From: Octopus sinensis
Lineage: Eukaryota
Assembly (NCBI RefSeq): GCF_006345805.1
Contig: NC_043013.1
Coordinates: forward strand, 55,490,001 to 55,554,000
Reading direction: 5' to 3'
DNA length: 64,000 nucleotides
Below are positions 26,396 through 38,453 of this stretch, piece by piece (the first letter of the stretch is position 1; every line of letters begins with the position of its first letter). The notes below the pieces were generated by a model. The model made no database searches, was not told the origin of the DNA, and worked only from the letters and a program-made list of their open reading frames with translations. Both the position numbers and the translations under genes were made by a program.

Positions 26396-26850
26396 TATAT
26401 ATACATAATTTGCCGCTACTGGCCCAGCAAAAGATTAGAAAGCATATTTGAATGTGGATGAAGAAGTATATTTCTTCTCCCTCTATTACCGTTTTCGATA
26501 TACTGAATACCTTGGGTTACAAATTGATGTGGATAGATGAAGGTAAATATATTTTATAGTTGTTATATTTTTTCTTAAAATATGGTATACACAACTGAAG
26601 ATAGAAAAATGTGCTTCTAAATTAAGTTAATTTTTTAAAAATTGATTTCTTTAGCTTGTACATTAATCATGAAACTAGTTTTCTATTGACCACAATAACT
26701 AATAAGATAGACTTCATCTATCTAGCCTGTCTTACATCATTTTCTTACCAAGAAGAAAAGTCCGTCTGTTTTTATTTTATTTTTATTTTAAAAACAACTG
26801 CCATTCAACACGTTAAAGTTTGGCTTTAACTGCTCTTTCTCCCTCTCTTT
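26001..26850. repeat. ~310-bp direct duplication (26001-26310 / 26539-26850)
   Basis: Near-identical AT-rich blocks 538 bp apart, with scattered substitutions. Confidence 0.92.
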
Positions 26851-26867
26851 GGCTTCAACCAAGGCTA

Positions 26868-27623
26868 AAAAATTGCCATTGGCTTCAACCACGGCCTCCA
26901 GATAATTTTGGAATCTTCTGCAACTCTTCTGGATGGTCACCTTGATTAATTTGGCGAATACTGCCATAATCTTTGCCTTCATTTCATCTTTGGTGTTACA
27001 AGGACTTTTGTTGGTCTCTTACTCAACTGCATCCCTCACATAATAATCAAGGGGGTTGCAGTCAGGGGAGTTAGGTGGCCAGATAATAGGGGTGATAGGG
27101 TTGCAGAAATTGTCTAACAGTCATGACTAGATTCTCCTGCTTGTGTGGCATGGTGCAGAGTCCTGTTGCCACATGTAGGGTCTTCCAGCAGCCACCCTCT
27201 TGACCCAGGGCAGCACTACCGCCTCCAGGCACTTGATGTAGGCTTCTGTGTTGATATTGAAGTCATGTAGGAAGGTGAATGGAGGCATAACATCGCCATC
27301 GGTGATCACTCCAAACACCATGATGTTGACTGGATGTGGGAGTTTTATCATACTCAGTACATGTCCTCAGAATGTACTATCCTCAGATTGACTGCCAAAC
27401 ACTTTGAAATGTTTGTATTAGAGCTTCCAGTGTGAATGCCAAGGAGTACTGCATGTTATTTCCAAATTTCTGGCAAAGCAGATTGTGTCATGGTCCTGTT
27501 TTTCTCAGAGATGGTGTCCAGCTGGCCCTACTATACTGTGTAGTTGACAAAATCATAAACAAACAACGCACATGTGCCAAATTAAAAAATATAAAATAGC
27601 AACAATATACCCATTGCACCCTA
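26868..27623 (-). mobile_element. Second internally deleted DD37D (maT-type) element
   Basis: ORF 27127-27351 reads MIKLPHPVNIMVFGVITDGDVMPPF...WQQDSAPCHTSRR. The 5' TIR agggtgcaatggg is at ~27610-27623 and the 3' end is truncated. Confidence 0.85.
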
Positions 27624-28219
27624 TATATGTATATATATATATATATATGCATGTGGATATGTTTATATCTATTTTATATGTATAATGTATATTTTGATTT
27701 TTACTCATTTCAATCAGTAGACTGCAGACATGCTTTGGCTCTGCCTTGAAGAATTTTTTACTCAAATGAATCAACTCCTGTACAATTTCTGTTTTATATG
27801 TATAATATGTGTGTGTGTGGGGGGGGGGGGTATAAGAACATACATTTGTGGAGATGAGAAATTTAGCCACAAAGTTTGTATCTAAGGCATGTATTATAAA
27901 AACCTCAATAAATGGCAAAGCTGGAACATTTAGTGCAACGACTAAGTCTCCATGACATACACTTTAAAGATATAGACAGCTGGAATAAATCATGCAGCAC
28001 AAAAATGTGATAAATGTGTATATATGCCATCAGTTGTGTGTGTGTGTCTGGATTTACAAGTGGAAGGTCCAGTGTACGTAACAGAATTAATTTGTTTATT
28101 CAAAGGTGACTCCTCACCATTTCTATTGTGAGTCACTTATTTCCATTCTCCACAGTGTTAGATGGATGTCTTGATTTCAGTAAAGGAACACATACACACA
28201 CACATATATGATGATGATG

Positions 28220-28271
<52 letters not shown>

Positions 28272-28320
28272 ATATATGGATATGTATATATATGTATATA
28301 TATGTTTATATATATAGGTA

Positions 28321-28363
<43 letters not shown>

Positions 28364-28699
28364 GTATATGCATGTGTGTATATATATATACATATATTTA
28401 CATATACACATATACATAGGTGTGTGTGTATACATACATATATATATACCTTTATATATGTACATATTTAATAATAATAATAATAATGATGACTTCATAT
28501 TTTGACACAGGGTCAGCTATTGTGAGGGGAGGGAATAGTTAATTGCATCACCCTCATTACTTAACTGAAATGTCATTGCCCCTGAAGGGATAAAAAGTAA
28601 AGTTGACCTGGGTGGCATTTGAACTGAGAATGTGAAAGAGGCAGGAGAAATGTCAATAAGTCATTTGTCTGACATGTAAATGATTTGCCAGGCCACAGA

Positions 28700-30290
28700 G
28701 CATCTACTGAGGAAGCGTTATGGAGGCAGTTTACGATTTGTGTCACTGTTTGTATAAGAAATGGGAAGAAATGGAGAGGAGATGCAAATAGACATAGGAT
28801 ACAAAATATGTGAACACATAAATGATGCAGTGCTGCTGGTAGAGTGGAGCTGCCTTCAAACATGGAATCTTTAAGATCTAGGACCTCTCTGACTAACAAG
28901 TGCACCAGCCCTAACCCAACTGATTTTCTCCACTCTACAGGCGCATGCTCAGTGTACTTCCATTCACCCACCTTTTGATGAATTTGCTGAGTGAGAGCAC
29001 TTCTCTCTCCATCATCCTCATCCTCCTTTCCAAGTTGTGCTTGAAACTAATAGATGAGTGCTGGGCCAAAGAGGAAAAGGTCTCTCCTTAATCCTTTCAG
29101 TTTTGTCTACCACAGGACCTCTTTCACCACAACCATGAGACAGAGGAATGCTGCCTACTCTGCTTTGTTAAAATTGAGGGGTAGGGGTCAATCTTGTGGA
29201 TGAACTTGGCCAATGAGCATACCGTTTGGTCTGTCACTCTGCATGCATCTTGAGCACACCAGCCAAGAGAGGACTTCCATGCTTGTAGGGTTCATCTTAA
29301 ACTGCCCTTAGCAGCACTACCAAACCAAAGATGTCTAGTAGTAATTCCTGATTCAAATGTTTCCTGAAATACCATTTAGTTCATCTTTGTACAAGTCCAG
29401 GGTTTCTCTAACAACATTATTACTCTTACTCAAACTGGAACCTCCACCAAATGCATTGCATAGCAGGTAAGGAGTGAAGAGTCCTTGACATTCTGGTGCC
29501 CAATCATGGTCTTTTCTTGACCCAAAACTGCAACTCCATGGAAGAGATGAGCTACAAAAAAAGCATGTCTTACAAAGACTACAGCTGCTCTCAGTGCAGG
29601 AAAATCTGAGGGTGTCACGGCCTAAGAAAGTATCTGTGCATCAGCAACCTCAGCATGCTGAGACCACGTACCTGAGGATGTTGACAACAGTTGAACCACT
29701 GATCAGTGGAACACATGCCTTCCTCAGCAAGTGGAAAAAGAGATGTTCCAAACTGGATAAATAGGGACCACAGCAAGGAACAATGGCCAGGTGGTAAGTT
29801 ATGATAGAGGTGTTGTGGGCATTCAACATTTCTGTTCAGCCTTCCAAGGAAAGCTTCCTCTCAAACCATTTCTTAGTGTGGCTGGCCACCAAGCTAATAA
29901 TGTCATCTAATTTCCTGTTCAGCTAATGACTGGGACCAAAACGACGACTTGAGCAATTTAACCAATCCATCTGGCCATGAATGGATGATGCTGTTTGATG
30001 ACATAGACTTGTCACAAGCCCATTGACTTTTTAGATTTATTTCTGCTCCTGCCATCACTTCATATTCCTTTAAAATGGAGTGAATGACATCCACTTCTGT
30101 GATGTCTAACACATTTGTAATGATGTCATCTGCAGATGCTGACACAGCTCTCCAGCACCCAGCTTGATAGAGAGGCCTCTCAAGGGTTCTAGCTTCCACA
30201 GCAATAGCAAGAAAGCAAGCAGATTTTATGAAACCAATCAAACACTGGTATTTATTTCCCAAAACCTCAAGTTATATTCCTTTTTTCTTA
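28700..30290 (-). mobile_element. L1/Tx1-like non-LTR RT and downstream region, decayed
   Basis: SASADDI...ILKEYEVMAGAEINLKS...WPDGLVKLL (YADD-type motif and INxxKS), followed by remnants of the Tx1 C-terminal region. Confidence 0.72.
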
Positions 30291-30461
30291 AATCTCTTGC
30301 AGAACAGTGCACATTTACACACCTTCGAAAACTACTGATTCTGAGAGTTGTGAAGACAGAGACTTGAACAATTAATGTTTTTTATGGTTCAACAATTATT
30401 ATCACTTAAACTGCACATTCTAACTGGGCCTCCATCTTCCAAATTATGCAAGTCTGTTGCT

Positions 30462-30522
<61 letters not shown>

Positions 30523-30695
30523 TTCTGTATTTCATGTTTCTGTATTCCATTATTGTTTTTTGTTTTTTTTATATCTGTCCCTTTTGCTGTCCTGGTGTTC
30601 GTATGCATTCGATCCTTCTTCCAGGAAATCTACGCTTCCAGCTTAGTTTTTCTAATGCTCGTTGCTTAGTTTTTCTTGGAGGGCTGGCCGTGATC

Positions 30696-30758
30696 TAGTA
30701 ATCTCAAGATTAATCAGCCGAAATTACTACGATGATCCGGTTCTTGACTGAAGACTGA
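30696..30758 (+). ncRNA. Candidate permuted hammerhead ribozyme, copy 1
   Basis: AUC at 30701-30703, GAAA at 30720-30723, CUGAAGA at 30748-30754. Stem III (7 bp) and stem I (6 bp) are in exact register. The stem II junction is non-canonical. Confidence 0.45.
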
Positions 30759-31536
30759 GGGGTTCGAATGTCCTGTCCATGTTTATTGTATCGTCTTCTA
30801 AGAGTTATACGTTCTTGTCCATGTTGTATTTTTCTACATACCTTAACATATATTCCAGGCGCCCCGTACCCCCCTTATCATTAATGTGAACACATATTCT
30901 TAATAATTGGTACGACTCTCTGTTTGTCTCTCTCTCTCTCTCATTTTTACTTGATCTGTCCCCTTCTCTCTCTCTTTTCTCTCTATTCATCTTCTCTTTC
31001 CTCTGATCCTTTGGTCTAGTCTTCCACTACCCTCCTATTTCTTTGTCTCGCTCTGCACTCACAGGTCATTCTTCGACACCCATCCCTTCTCCTCTCTGAT
31101 TCCTTCTTTCTCTCTCTTCTCTCTCTTTGTTGCGTTTTGTCCCCCTTTTCTCTCTCTCTCTTCCTTTGCTTCTCTTTCTTTTCTTTTCCCTCTTCTCTGT
31201 CACGTGACTGTTGGCCGAAATCTGCCTTTCAGCTCCTGACCCTCGTCGTGTTAACATCGTTGTTTTTCGTCCGCCGCTATAAAGGCTTTTTCCAATGCGC
31301 CAGAGAAAAAATTTGTTTGCTTGTTATCAGTCGTAAGACACTTGTTGTTTTCACCGTTAATGCTTCTGTATTTCATGTTTCTGTATTCCATTATTGTTTT
31401 TTGTTTTTTTTATATCTGTCCCTTTTGCTGTCCTGGTGTTCGTATGCATTCGATCCTTCTTCCAGGAAATCTACGCTTCCAGCTTAGTTTTTCTAATGCT
31501 CGTTGCTTAGTTTTTCTTGGAGGGCTGGCCGTGATC

Positions 31537-31599
31537 TAGTAATCTCAAGATTAATCAGCCGAAATTACTACGATGATCCGGTTCTTGACTGAAGACTGA
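31537..31599 (+). ncRNA. Candidate permuted hammerhead ribozyme, copy 2
   Basis: Identical to copy 1, offset 841 bp. Confidence 0.45.
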
Positions 31600-32569
31600 G
31601 GGGTTCGAATGTCCTGTCCATGTTTATTGTATCGTCTTCTAAGAGTTATACGTTCTTGTCCATGTTGTATTTTTCTACATAACTTAATATATATATATAT
31701 ATATATATATATGTTTACACACACACACACACATATATATATTATAGCAACAGACATAGGCTAAGGCTGCAAATATTTGCTATCAATCACATGTCTGTCA
31801 TAACTATTATTTGTTATTTCTGTCTCAATGTGGTTGGTCATCAGAAACTGTTGAGCATCAGGAAAAGACATGGGATGAGGTGCTTCTGTAATGCATTGTG
31901 GGGGAGGGGAGTGATTGAGGGGTTAGGGAGTAATCGAGGGTGGGGAAGGCTTGAGGGGGAGGGGAGTGGTCAAGGTGGATTGGAGTGATTGAAATGAATG
32001 TGGAAGAAGGTAGAAGAATACTGAGAAAGATATGACCAAAGATGATGAAAGAAGAAATGGAGGCCAAGGGTGTTAAAGAGAAGAAATAGCGAGGATAGGA
32101 AAAGTGGAAAAGACTGCCATGGGTCTTGCAAGACTAAGAACACTGCTTTAGCAGGAAAAAAATGAGCTTGAAATGGTTGCTGTATGAGTTCACTGCATAA
32201 AGGTTGACTTTACCTTGTTCTTAAAGTTCATAAACTAAGTACTGGATTTGATTTAATTAATTGTGGTCTCCATTCAAACTTCCAGGCCTTGTGTCTACAT
32301 AGCCAAATCAATTGAAACATTCTCACTACATGAAATAGGAGTAAGGTCTATATGTGGGAAGAGTATGGTACCATATTTATGGCATTACATGAACATATAG
32401 GTTTATATTATGAGAAAAAAACGATATATTGGACATTTCAGAGCTACATCGATAAGATCTTATGATTCATAAAAAGATAACAAGGATTATTTTTACAACT
32501 GTTCTGTTTTTGAAAAGATTAGACAAGCTGAAAATAGTTGAGTAATATATTGCCTCAAGATTGTGGGTA

Positions 32570-32593
32570 GCATATATATACACATATACATAC

Positions 32594-32667
<74 letters not shown>

Positions 32668-32695
32668 GTATATATATATATATATATTATATATG

Positions 32696-32747
<52 letters not shown>

Positions 32748-32806
32748 CATATTTATATACATATAAATATATATATATATTTATATGTATATACATATAC
32801 ATATAC

Positions 32807-32857
<51 letters not shown>

Positions 32858-32935
32858 TGTATGTATGTATGTATGTATGTATGTATGTATGTATGTATGT
32901 ATACATGTGTGTGTGTGTATGTGTGTGTGTGTGCA
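32570..32935. repeat. Compound (TA)n/(TATG)n/(TG)n microsatellite
   Basis: Direct reading. Confidence 0.95.
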
Positions 32936-33774
32936 TGTGACAGGAAGATAGGAAGTAACATTGAAATATTGAAAGACAAACAACAGTGCAAGATGACTAA
33001 CCGTTGCTAATTCTCATGAAAGATTCGGGAATTATGAGAAAGAATTAGATATCTAACTCTAAATCAAGTTCTTGGAACTTCAGAGTAATGTTATTTGATA
33101 GACAAAGAAAAAAAAATAATAATAAAGAAAATGAGAAATAAAAATAGAAAGATAATTTTCATTCCAGAAGAATGGTCTAACTCAAAGGAAAATTCAATGT
33201 CAGATATATTTCATTATTTGTTAATATTTGGTATCCATGATCATCAATTTACCCAATACCCAGGTAATAGCTTTCAAGCATAACTTCTTTTAAAGTTACA
33301 CTTGTTTTTGCCATTTTTTTTCACTTTATTTTACATGGTACGTATACTTTTTCGTTGTTGATTTTTTTATTTTATTTTTCATCATTGTGTCTTTATTGTT
33401 TTTCTTTTCCTTTTTTTTTCATTTATGAATAGGTGAGAGTTATTTATTGAAATACAAGTTTATTATTGAGCAGAAAAAAAAATTTCTTTTTCATGAAATT
33501 CTTGCCAATTGAAAAGGAACAAAAATTTTTTTATAATTTAATATCTTTTACAGAAAATCAAATTCTGCTAAGAGAATTCAAAATATACTCTGAGACATAG
33601 ATGTGTTAACTACTTCTTACTTACCTGTAAAAGAGTTCAACACTGTAATATCTAATGGTGTACTAATTAATAATCAAACTGAAATTCTATTAATTAAGCT
33701 TAACGTTATTCTTTCATCCTTAATTGACATTTGAGACCCAACGTCAGCTAATTCATCAAAATCAGATGTATTAA

Positions 33775-33990
33775 TAATGGTTTCAAATTGTGGTGCAGGG
33801 ATTTTAGGAGAGGGTTAAGTTGATTACATTTACCCCCCAGTATTCCACTGGTACTTATAGACCAGGAAAGGATGAAGATGAAAAGCAAAGTCATCTTTGT
33901 TGGAATTTGATCTCAGAACATAAAAATGGACAAAATGCTATCAAACATTTTGTCCAGAATGGTAACAGTTCTGCTAGGATGTTGCCTTCA
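33775..33990 (-). mobile_element. SINE family B copy (degenerate)
   Basis: Reverse complement of the family B head and core (ctttcatcct...gtaccagt). Confidence 0.7.
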
Positions 33991-34004
33991 GGTGTATTAA
34001 TAAT

Positions 34005-34440
34005 AATACCACAGATTTGCTTGTCATTTGCTTGACCTTAATCAGTTGAGCATGTCCCTTAGTGGCTGACAATATTTGCATCTCTGGTCACAAGCAGAAG
34101 CCGTAGGTGAGCATCATAGACATGTGTTGAGAGGTATTCTTTGGAGTTTGGAGAATTCACCTCTGGAAACATGGTAGTTTCATTCAACATCTTTAAACAA
34201 CGCTTATTCAGGGACCTTTTGACCTGGATGGGCTACTCAACCTGAAGAAAATTCTAACTGGGCCCCACCTGCAAGGTCATGTGCTGTTTGTCATGATAGG
34301 AGATCACCATGTCATACACATATGGTTGTGATGCATGTACCTGGTGTACCCTTATCAGATGGGTAGTCATGATATGTATACTGAGCTTCATATATTTTAC
34401 CCAAGTGTCACTTTGATGGCATACACTGCTCTCTCATTCA
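34005..34440 (+). mobile_element. Non-coding ~480-bp element (family C), 5'-truncated, ending in (TAA)n
   Basis: Homologous to 41944-42426. Confidence 0.75.
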
Positions 34441-34459
34441 GTAATAATAATAATAATGA

Positions 34460-34511
<52 letters not shown>

Positions 34512-34522
34512 TAATAATGATG

Positions 34523-34556
<34 letters not shown>

Positions 34557-34575
34557 GACAAAAATAATAATGATG

Positions 34576-34614
<39 letters not shown>

Positions 34615-34622
34615 TAATAATG

Positions 34623-34694
<72 letters not shown>

Positions 34695-34749
34695 ATTATC
34701 ATCATCATCATCATCATTATTATTATTATTATAATTATAATCATCATCA

Positions 34750-34792
<43 letters not shown>

Positions 34793-34800
34793 CATCAATA
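34441..34800. repeat. (TAA)n then (TTA)n microsatellite with a polarity switch at 34660/34661
   Basis: Direct reading. Confidence 0.95.
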
Positions 34801-35249
34801 ATGATTATAAATATGAAAGAAACATCAACACTTGTCCATGGGCAGCGTTCTGTCAAAAACTAAATACTGTAAATCCAGACTCATAACAAAACCAACCAAA
34901 ACAAAAGAAAAAATATCGACAGATTACCACGAATACTATAAAATGTTTGATTTATGATTTACAGACACTATTAGGCAATACTCCTCCAAAAACGTACAGG
35001 AATAAACTCATACAGTAAATACCCAACAAAATTAAGAAGGCCCGCAACATATACCGTAGAAGTCTGAAAGCCAACCAAAGAAAACAACCTCCACCCCATA
35101 ACACACAATAGAGCAGAAACCTCAAACCAGACAACCTAACAAAACAAACTGACGGAATGCAACATCACCCTCTCCCCCCACCAAAATTTTCAAAATGCAG
35201 CACACACCACCTCACCAGCACAAAAGTGCAGTAAATGATGCAAAAGAAA

Positions 35250-38200
35250 GTTGCTTGAAAGTATCAGATGTCGAGAAATGATAGTGGGAATGATATTGGT
35301 GCCGAATGTTACCTTAGCTCAGTTTATGAAAGACAGGAGTTTCAGAAGAAACTCTGGTTGTAACAGCAAACATGACATTTAAGGGAAGGTCTCTCACTTG
35401 GCAGTGGTCGGTAAAGATGCAGACTGACCACAGCTGTCATCCTAAATCAGCAGCAAAAGCAGATAATGGAGTACGGAGGAAGAAGCGAACCAGTGAAGAA
35501 GCAGAATAGTGATGCAGTGCTAGTTAGAAAGTGAACCTAAGAGAAGGGGCTATAGGAAATGGATGTTAATGCTTTGGGTAGGGAAGGGTATGTTTAAAGG
35601 GACTGAGCAGAGATTAGTCGATCAAGCTAATGCTATTTGGAGAAGGAAGTGGGTGACAGAACTGGAGGGGAGAAGGGGTCACAAGAGAACTGGAAAAGAA
35701 AGACCAGGCAGTGGGAAAGACGAGCAAGAACATAAGAAATACAGCTCAAACTAAAGAAGAAGCTAAAGAAACAATGATAATAGCACAACCAATAAGGAAG
35801 GGACAAGTGGCCCCAGCGATTTAAGTCATTTAGGTGAGGAAGATTAGAAGATTTTAAATGAGTTGCAGGAAATAAATGACTAAAGAAATAACAAAAAGAT
35901 TGCCAGCATTAAAAGGTACCAACAGAAGGATGCTGTAAGAAATGACAAGGAAAGTAGATTTGGTTATTAGTAGGATAGATACTTAAAATATAGGAGACAC
36001 TAACTTATAGATCTATGCAGGAGGGGTCACCAGAAGATTAGATATTCCACAAGGAAAGATTACAAAAGAGCAACTGTGGAAAAAGAGATTACAAAATAAA
36101 ATGAAGACTTTAAGACAAGATCCGAGTAGAATAGAAACCTGGAAACTGAACAAGTTAGGAAACACAAGAGGCAAATCTTCCTTCAAGAAAAGATACTTAG
36201 TCAAAGAGAAAAGATTTAGGACCAGTAATAGAAGAGTTGAAACAGCATAGCATAGTAGTAACAGGTAAGCTTTCCAGATACCAGAAAAGAATAGATCAGA
36301 ATCAACAGAATAGATTATTTGAGAGAGACCAGAGATTTCATAACGAAATAAATAGTGGAGAATGAAATACTGAAGATAAGAAACATAATGCAGGAGAAGT
36401 AAGAAAGTTCTGGAGTAATATTTGGGATAAGCCAGTCAATCATAATGGAGGTGCAGTATAGTTAAAGAAAGTGAGGGTAGCAGTAGCGAGTGAGAAGCAG
36501 CCAGATCTAAGACTAACTAGTGCATTAATGACTAAAGTGTTAGGAAAAATGCTATATCTGGAAGAGCCCAGAACCAGAGTTAGTTCAAGAGCACTGGCTA
36601 AAGAAATTCAGTAGTCTACATATGAGGCTGAGAGAACAACTTCAGGATTGCCATAATGGAGTATTAATACCAGATTGGATGACTAGAAAGAGAACAATAC
36701 TCCTTATGAAAGATAAGAGCAAGGGTAATACAGGTAGTGACTATAGACCAACCACTTGCTTACTATTAGTATGGAAACTGTTAACAGGAATGCTTTCAGA
36801 AAGCGTTGACGAGCACCTTGACAACAAGAATTTACTGCTTGAAGAACAGAAAGACTGCAGGAAGAAGGTTAGAGGAACGCATGATCTGTTATACGTAGAC
36901 AAAGCAATTCTAAATGAAGTAAAAGCTAGAAAGAAAAATCTAACAATAGCGTGGATAGATTATAGGAAAGCCTATGACAGGATCCTACTCCTGGATAAAT
37001 GAATGTTTGGGTATATTCAGTATAGCAGATAACATATAAGAGAATTAATTAGCTTTAGTATGAAGAAATTTAAAGTAGATCTATGCTCAGGTGACTCACT
37101 TTTATGGAAAGTTAATATTAAAAGAGGTATTTTCAAGGTGGAATCCTTGCCCCCTTTAATATTTGTCTTATGTTTGACCCTATTCAGTTTAGTAGTAAGG
37201 AAAGCAAGGGCAGGGTATCAGTTCAGAAATAGTAAGGGAAACATTAACCATTTGCTCTACATGGATGTTCTGAAGCTTTTTAGTAAGAATGAAAAAGAGA
37301 CAGGTCCCTTAATACAGACTGCAAGACTCTTCAGCAAAGATATAGGCATGGCATTTGGTATAGGTAAGTGTGTAATATTAGTCATGAGAAGGGGACAGGT
37401 AGTCAACAGCAAAGACATCCAATTACCAAATGGCCAGACATTAAAATCATTGAAAGGAGGAGAGAGTTATAAGTATCTAAGAGTATTAGAATCTGACAAA
37501 GTACTAGCTACAGAAATGAAAACAAAAATAGAGAAGGAATACATCAGAAGGGTGAGGAAGCTAATGAAGTCAGAGCTAAATGGTGCGAATCTAGTGAAGG
37601 CTGTAAATACTTGGGCAGAATCATTACTTGGAGACTCAGAAGTTTTGTAGATTGGACGAAAACTGAATTGGCAAAGCTAAGCAGAAGAATTAGGAAGGAA
37701 TTCAATATGAATGGAAGACTCCATCCAAGGGCAGGAGTAGCAAGATTATACTTACCTAGAAAGGAAGGCAAAAGTGGGTTAATATTGGTAAAAGACTGTG
37801 TGGATTTAGCTAGAGTAGATATAGACTCCTGTGTATGTAATAGTGAAGAAAGTTTATCAAAAGCTGCTAGAGTCACAGCAAGACATAGGGAAACCAAAAC
37901 ACGAAACAAACTTAAAAACCGGAAAAAAGAACAGAAATCATCTGACTGGCAGGAGAAGGCATTGCATGGCAGATTTCCAGAGATATTTTCAGCAAATAGT
38001 AGTAATGAGACATGGTTATGGCTGCAGAAAGGAAAGCTGAAGAGGGAGACAGAAAGTGTGTTAATAGCAGCACAAGATAAAGCATTAATGACTAATTGGA
38101 TAAAAGCCCAAATAGACAAAAAGCAAGTAGATTCCCAATGTGGGTTATGCAATCAAAAGAAGAAAGTGTTACTCATGTAGTAAGTGAATGTAGCATTCTG

Positions 38201-38401
38201 ACACAGAAAGAATACATGAAAAGACATGATAACCTAGGGAGAGTAATCCACTGGGAGTTATGTAGAAAGCTAGGATTTGAACACACTGATAAATGATATG
38301 AACATGAACCTAGTAAAGTACTAGAAAGTAAGAAATACAAGATGATGTGTGATTTTAACATTTGGACTGACAGAGTAATAGAAGCTAGAAGGCCTGATTT
38401 G

Positions 38402-38453
<52 letters not shown>

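Larger units (their letters stand above)
30519..31690 (+). mobile_element. Young partial-tandem element (841-bp unit, 322-bp direct repeats) in (TA)n; Penelope-like pseudo-LTR or retrozyme-like
   Basis: 30519-30840 equals 31360-31681 with no difference seen by eye. (TA)n lies on both sides, there is no real ORF, and each repeat has hammerhead core motifs. Confidence 0.8.
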
